Assembly: GCF_001194135.2 (NCBI RefSeq)
Contig: NC_068983.1
Location: 37,188,667-37,228,680 of the forward strand
DNA: 40,014 nucleotides
Direction: 5' to 3'
DNA from: Octopus bimaculoides
Lineage: Eukaryota
The position numbers were made by a program, and so were the translations under genes. Position 1 is the first letter of the stretch, and every line of letters starts with the position of its first letter. The notes beneath the pieces were generated by a model that saw nothing but the letters and a program-made list of their open reading frames with translations, made no database searches and had not been told where the DNA came from. Below are positions 31,709 through 40,014 of the stretch, one piece after another.

Positions 31709-32572
31709 CGAAGATAGAACAAATGTTACAAAATATTTTTACCATGTAAATGGTATAACATTTTTGAAGAATTTCTGGAGTTTAATCGAGATAACTGAAG
31801 ATCTGTACAATTAGCAAACACCTCACAAAATTCAAGGTTTTCGTTATTTCTTCAGGACAAAAAACAAATTAACGAAGGCCATTCATTCTCAACTATTAAC
31901 ACGACAGTAACAAGGTTAGGGACTAGAAGTAAGCTTTAAAAAAAAAATAAATAAATAAATAAAAAAAAACAACAACTTTTCAGAAGACTTTCATAAATTT
32001 ATAAATTGTTTATCAGCGAATCTGAGAATCAAGATTCTGCAAGAGTAACCATTCCCTAAGTGAGGAATTTTTCCCGAAATAGCTAACGACGAAACTTGAC
32101 AGTTAAATACTGACACTCAAATACTGAAATTTGGAAGACTGCGTAAGGAGTAGATTTCAAATTTAAATTAATCTAAATTATTTTAGATACTCTACCTTCG
32201 TTCAATATGGTAAAATTGGCTGGTGACAATCTATTCAATTAGAATATGAACAAAATAACAGCACGGTACTTTCAGAACCGGGCAAGTAAGGTTAGAGCTT
32301 ATGACAAACCTTTAGTTACTTAAGACAGACCTCTAAGATGGATTTCCTCTGACCGTAGAATAATGTTTGCGTAAATAAGCACTTACCGAAATCTACAGTT
32401 ATAATCAAAGATTAAGTTTTTACGAGGTGTGTATTGTCATGGAAATAATCACTTACACAACTAGGAATGGTTTCAGGCTGATAAACAATTTCTTTAAATA
32501 TTCAGTTTAGTTATATTAGAACGTAAAGATGCTTTGTACAGAAAGCTGTTCAAATAAATTAAAAATGGTAAA

Positions 32573-34636
<2,064 letters not shown>

Positions 34637-34920
34637 TCAATTTATATTAAAGAAATCTATGTTGCTCACGTGTTTGAAACGTCATCCAATCTTTTCGAGC
34701 AACGGAAATAAATACATCAGTATTTCATCTTAAATTTGGTTGGAATGGAACGATTTCTTTGAAAATAAGCGGTTCAGGTTCAAATCCACCAAATTGTCCA
34801 AATGTGTATTTTTAATCCAATATTTTTAGAAGTTAGTTGGACGGCCATAAGTTTTTAATAACCTTGTCGGGTGAATCGACTACAGTGCATGATGAGTAAC
34901 CTATACTATCACTCCGCAAA

Positions 34921-35256
34921 TATGGTTTCAAATTTTGGCATAGACTTAACGGCGGAAGTAAAAAGTACGCACACCACCCATTTTCGGCGTAACCCTAACC
35001 CTAAACGTAATCTTAACCCTAACCCCCGAAAACGGGTAGAGTGCGTATTCTTTACCTTCACCGAGTTAACAATATTTGAGAGGAGGGGAAGGTCGCTTAT
35101 ATCAACCGCTATATTGGACTGGTACTTATTTTATCGACCTCGAAAGGATGAAAGGCAAAGTTAACCACGGCGGAATGTGAACTCAGAACTTAAGGACGGA
35201 CGAAATGTCGCTAAGCATTTTGTCCGGTATGCTAACGGTTCTGCCAGCAAGCCGCC
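34921..35256 (-). mobile_element. OK-like SINE split by a MITE, 315 bp upstream of the TRIM ATG
   Basis: Minus-strand head GGCGGCTTGCTGGCAGAACCGTTAGCATACCGG, core CTTTGCCTTTCATCCTTTCGAGGTCGATAAAATAAGTACCAG, and a tail that resumes at 34945-34921. Confidence 0.85.
34950..35065. mobile_element. 116-bp MITE with imperfect ~37-bp TIRs, TTAA on both sides and internal (TAACCC) repeats
   Basis: Left arm GGCGGAAGTAAAAAGTACGCACACCACCCATTTTCGG; reverse complement of right arm GGTGAAGGTAAAGAATACGCACTCTACCCGTTTTCGG. TTAA lies at 34946-34949 and 35066-35069. Confidence 0.8.
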
Positions 35257-35691
35257 CCGTCGGTCCGCAAATATGAATCACAAAATTTGTTTCCTTTACA
35301 GTATTTGAACTCAGAATGGAATGTACCCAATTCGGTTCCTGTTTACGATTTTAAAAAATATTAAATCGATTTTCCCACTTGATACAATCTTGTACAGTAA
35401 GAGTACAAACAGGGGTGACGAGGCGGTTTCAAGTCCCAATAGAGCAATTTCACTTTANNNNNNNNNNNNNNNNNNNNNNNNNNNNNNNNNNNNNNNNNNN
35501 NNNNNNNNNNNNNNNNNNNNNNNNNNNNNNNNNNNNNNNNNNNNNNNNNNNNNNNNNNNNNNNNNNNNNNNNNNNNNNNNNNNNNNNNNNNNNNNNNNNN
35601 NNNNNNNNNNNNNNNNNNNNNNNNNNNNNNNNNNNNNNNNNNNNNNNNNNNNNNNNNNNNNNNNNNNNNNNNNNNNNNNNNNNNNNNNNNN

Positions 35692-35915
35692 GGGGTCTAA
35701 AGAAGAAGGGCTGGCGTGATGGGCCGTACAGAACCTACGAAAGGGGTGGACACAATATGGATGATGAGGAGTGGTTGAGATACAAATAAGTCGGGAGTAA
35801 AGGTGGCACGATCCCAGCCAGTTATGAGGAGCAGAAGCATCAGTAGTAGCGGTAGAAAAGGCAGGGAGATGAGACAGTACGTCTGTGAGGCGATGGCTAA
35901 GGTATGATTGAGAGC
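35692..35915 (-). mobile_element. 3' RT-tail fragment of an L2/Crack-like LINE
   Basis: Frameshifted ..CLISLPFYRYY*CFCSS*LAGIVPPL..PFFFRP resembles the SLCLFYRYY.G.CSSELA..VPP..SFFPRT motif. A weaker relative may lie at 16080-16290 (-). Confidence 0.55.
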
Positions 35916-35927
35916 TAAGTGCATAAA

Positions 35928-36150
35928 AGGCACGTGGTTTAATGGTTAAGATGTTGCACTTGCGATCACAAGACCGTGATTTCGATTCCCAGATCAGCGC
36001 CATTTCACATTGCTCCAGTCTACTCAGCTGTGAATGAGTAACCCTGCAACGGACCGGCGTTCCGTTCAAAGGAGTATGGCCTGCCAGCAGGGGAATCATT
36101 CTAAATCTACAATACGGGGAAACGCATTGTGACCAGCGGTGTATAATAAC
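35928..36150 (+). mobile_element. tRNA-derived SINE with a Deu/Meta-like segment
   Basis: Head AGGCACGTGGTTTAATGGTTAAG..GATTTCGATTCCC, then TTTCACATTGCTCCAGTCTACTCAGCTG and GTAACCCTGCAACGGACCGGCGTTCCGTTC. Confidence 0.7.
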
Positions 36151-36579
36151 AACCGAGACTCTAGTTGATACAATGATTGTCTTATAAGTAACGGCAAATT
36201 TTGTCCTAGCATGCGGTTGCCAGCATGTGTGTGTGTGTGTATCTCGTGGGCATCGGTACCATTTTCCTCTTTCTCTGTTCTTCCATTCTCCGNNNNNNNN
36301 NNNNNNNNNNNNNNNNNNNNNNNNNNNNNNNNNNNNNNNNNNNNNNNNNNNNNNNNNNNNNNNNNNNNNNNNNNNNNNNNNNNNNNNNNNNNGGGGCACT
36401 ACTTATGGCTCTATTGTAGGCAATATGCGTTTGTTTTTTGGGTTTTTTTTTGTGAGGTCCGGGGGCGGCAGATACTCTAGCTACGCTAGTGTACATATAT
36501 AGAGGTAGACAGACAGATAGATAGTTAGATAGATAGTACTTGTGTGTGTGTGTATTGGAGAATGCTGAAACAAGCATAT

Positions 36580-37020
36580 TAAAGATATTCATGGACAGCT
36601 GACCTCCTACCAGTATTCCTTGTGTTGATGTTTGTGTATGTATTCAATTACAGGGGTGTTCTCTATGTTTATTCCAAGACAGTCTTTTTTCCCGATAGCA
36701 TCGTTTATTGCTTTTGCGACAAGGTCGTATCGCAGTAGAGAGGTGGTATCTCAATGACATTTTTGGGTAACTGCTAATCGTTATGTGTGATGTCTTCCAC
36801 AGAAATATGATATAATCTTCATTTAGGGTTCCATCTTGGATGTCTAAGGGCGTCACTGTCTTTTGTTTATTTGGTATTTAGTAGCAATCCCCTGTTCTTG
36901 GATTGCAAAGGGATAGCCTTTGAAGTGTGATGTGATGTAGCGGTCACGAGTCCAAGAGAAGCTTTGCCTTATGTCCATATTACTGTTTCCTTCGTGTTTT
37001 CAGAAAACATATCTCATGTA
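36580..37020 (-). mobile_element. R4/Dong-like fragment (pre-knuckle and knuckle region)
   Basis: SFSWTRDRYITSHFKGYPFAIQEQGIATKYQINKR, then VEDIT..ISSYPKMS. It shares the DNA TTTCTGTGGAAGACATCAC with 5757-5775. Confidence 0.8.
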
Positions 37021-38285
37021 GTCCTTTTTTTTTATGCTGAGCGTTTCATATCCTGGTCTTCTTTGAGGTATCCACATACACACGACCGCGCGCGGACACA
37101 CACACACACATGGGGGTGACACTGGTGGTTAACTTTTATAGGGGAGACAATCTCTTCTCGATTGAACTGAAGCGGATTTGAAAGTTGAGATTGTACATAA
37201 TAATGTAAAGAAGTTATTGAGCATATGCATTTAATTTTTTTTCTACACATTATAAAGCCTTTTAATTTTCGAGTTTTTGGTAGCCATGTATAGCGCTACT
37301 TTATTATCCTTTGATATCGTCTGCACGGCATAATTTGAGAGTAAAATTAAGCTAAATTCAACATTTTACAAAGATATATATCTTATGAAGAGAAAATAGT
37401 TTAAAAGACATACTTGGCTTTATTTTTTTTCATTCTAAATTGTTAATTGTTCAGCAATAGAGAAAACAGTGAGAGCTATGTAGTATATTATTTCGTCCAA
37501 AGAAAACGCCGTTTCTTGTTAAAAACAAATTATGCGGGTGATTGCTGACAGCAACTATTAGTGTAAGGGAGATAACTCTTACACTGCCATCAACTTTGGA
37601 TTTGACGTGCATGTCGATGCGAGTTTCGTTGATTGTCGATTTTCAGATCTCCATATTGTGCAACAGTTTCCATTTACAGCCGTGTCCCTTTATTTCACTT
37701 GCTCTTCTTAACTGTAACTTCTTTCAGTAGTCAAATGCCTGAGCTCCGCCACACCAATTTATCTTCCTTTTTGTTTGCGAACATTTTCCTTTCTCTGAAA
37801 TAATAATAATAAGTTTATTGTATTCAGTGCTCAAGTGTTCTAAGCTAATTGGAAAAGGTTTAAAGAAGGGACAAACAACAGAAATAAGTCAGGTAAAGAA
37901 AAATAGCAACGATAGTCAAAGCTACATGCATAGTACACAATAAAACATAAAAAGACAGAAAAATTAACAATAAAAGAGCGATAAGAAGAGAGAGGAGGAA
38001 AGGTACATCAGTACGTTTGGAGTTGTGTTGGCAAATTTTGAGAAGCGTGAAATTTTTGTAGGATGCAGTATCCTGACAGACACAAGCCGCATGTAGTTTA
38101 TACCTTGATTCAATAATTCTAAGCATGAGTAATAGGTGCTGCGCTTTTTCCTTTCTCTCTTTTTATAACCAGGCGGTATTGAATGGTGGCCAAAGTTGTT
38201 TGAAAGATGAAGGAAAAGTTTGTCGGCTTCATCTAGTCAAATGCTAGATGTCGAACCTTTTGTGTATTGATGCCTTGAGAACTAA

Positions 38286-38886
38286 GACACTCAAGACTGA
38301 CAAAAAGAATTCGTCTGATGTACATCTTCGAACAGCTTCCAGTAGATCGATGTTCCAGATAAGATGAGAGGCGGATGTTCGAACTAGAGATGCAAACTGT
38401 AAGTATGGGCGTATTCAAAGCAAATCGAAGGCAGAATCAACTAAAGTTGACTAGAATACCTTGTAGTGTTATAGTCCCTTTATATTCTTATATTTATGGC
38501 CTAGTGGTCAGAGTGTTGCTTTCACAATCGTAAGATCGTGGTTTCGATTCCCAGACCGAGCAGTGCGTTGTGTTCTTAAGCAAGACACTTCATTTCACAT
38601 TGCTCCAATTCACTCAGCTGGCAAAAAGGAGTGGTCTTACGACACTCAAGACTGACAAAAAGAATTCGTCTGGTGTACATCTTCGAACAGCTTCCAGTAG
38701 ATCGATGTTCCAGATAAGATGAGAGGCGGATGTTCGAACTAGAGATGCAAACTGTAAGTATGGGCGTATTCAAAGCAAATCGAAGGCAGAATCAACTAAA
38801 GTTGACTAGAATACCTTGTAGTGTTATAGTCCCTTTATATTCTTGTATTCATGGCCTAGTGGTTAGAGTGTTGCTTTCACAATCGT
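38286..38886. repeat. Near-identical 246-bp direct duplication (period 355 bp)
   Basis: 38286-38531 versus 38641-38886; four substitutions by eye. Confidence 0.92.
38496..38632 (+). mobile_element. SINE 5' half (tRNA head and core); the head is repeated at 38851-38886
   Basis: ATGGCCTAGTGGTCAGAGTG..GGTTTCGATTCCCAGACC..TTAAGCAAGACACTTCATTTCACATTGCTCC. Confidence 0.8.
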
Positions 38887-38904
38887 GACTAGTGAAAATA
38901 TGCA

Positions 38905-39165
38905 TATCAGTCCTCCCCTTCTTCCTCCTTCATCTGCTCTGCTTCCCCCCTTCTTCTTCTTCTTCTTCTTCTTCTTCTTCTTCTTCGTCCACCTCCTCCT
39001 CTTTCTTCTCCTGCTTCTTTTTCTCTTCCACCACTTTCATTTTCTTTTCCTCTTGCTCTGCCACAACTACCACTACTCCCGTCCTTCTCCTCTTCTCCTG
39101 CTTCCTCCTTTTCTCCTCCTCCACTTCTCTTGTTTTTCTTCTTCTTCTTCTTCTTTTTCTTCACA
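38905..39165. repeat. Pyrimidine-rich low-complexity tract with (CTT)n
   Basis: Read directly. It explains the poly-F/S/E/R ORFs. Confidence 0.95.
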
Positions 39166-39851
39166 TACTTGAGTGAGTAAGAAGATACTGAAAAAACAAC
39201 AACAAAAAGAAAACAAATAAAAAACAAAACAAAACAGATTGTTGTCTGCTGTCTTGAATAACCATCTTCAACGTGTTACTAATGTTATGTTTATGTTATC
39301 GACCTTGACAAGATGGAAAACAAAGTTAATTGAGCATGAATTTTCAACTTTGAATGTAAACAGAATGAAGTTAAATACCTCACATACTTTCTTCAATTCA
39401 GTTCTTGACTGCCTTAATTATTTTCCTTAGGTTGGGTGGAGGGCACAATGAATAATATTTACTGCATTTTTGACTTTGAGAAAACTTATAGCTTTTACAA
39501 TACAAAAACTATATCATCTAAGCAAATCACCTTCTCTTAATGCATTAAAAACACTGTAACATATTCAGAGCACAATTTCAGAAAATTATCTCCATTCTCT
39601 TTGAGCACAGAAAACACAAATTTAACTGGGGCAAAATGAGTAAGACAAGATGAGGTAAACATGCTGCTTCAGTTCTCCAGAATTACATTTGAAAGAGACT
39701 CATACACATCAATATCCATCCTTAGATATCAAAATGATCAGAAATGCAACAAAACTTTAAATGAAAGATAATCATGGAAAAATTACACATTATATGAAAT
39801 TAATGAAACTCGACTAAATAGAACAACAATAACATAAAATATTCTCTATAG

Positions 39852-39910
39852 CAGTGGCTCCCAACCTTTTCACTACCAAGGACCCCTTTTATTTAAATGA
39901 ATTTTCCCAT
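39852..39910. mobile_element. hAT/Charlie-like terminus
   Basis: CAGTGGCTCCCAACCTTTT...CCAAGGACCCC, preceded by the 8-mer CTCTATAG. Confidence 0.55.
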
Positions 39911-39932
39911 GGACACCTTTTAATATGTTTAT

Positions 39933-39968
<36 letters not shown>

Positions 39969-40014
39969 ACAATGAGGATGTTTAAACCTCGTATAGGGAT
40001 ATTTTATCCATGAT

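Noticed and set aside
34989-35027. Interstitial telomere or chromosome-fusion scar
   Set aside because: Only about 4 imperfect units, enclosed by TIRs and TTAA; better explained as MITE internal sequence.

Overview
Eukaryotic, AT-rich, repeat-dense draft-assembly sequence with 12 N gaps totalling about 4.4 kb. The SINE families and microsatellite style are most consistent with an octopod cephalopod; this comes from recalled repeat consensus sequences, not a search. The only convincing intact host gene is an uninterrupted 677-aa RING/B-box/coiled-coil/NHL-like (TRIM-NHL type) ORF at 32573-34606 (-). The rest is mostly decayed mobile DNA: CR1-group, RTE (Rex3/Expander-like), R4/Dong-like, HERO, Tx1/L1 and R2 non-LTR remnants, a Ty3/Gypsy pol remnant, a probable DIRS tyrosine-recombinase remnant, Penelope-like termini with hammerhead-ribozyme-shaped motifs, about 15 tRNA-derived SINE copies, hAT termini, a TTAA MITE and many microsatellites. 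The most notable signal is an R2 retrotransposon outside rDNA whose 3' end is fused to a 20/21 match to its 28S rRNA target flank, with a perfect 12-nt antisense copy of that flank 61 nt away inside the element's own 3' end. No intact rRNA or tRNA genes and no CRISPR arrays were seen. All assignments are by eye from motifs, and boundaries are approximate unless stated as exact.
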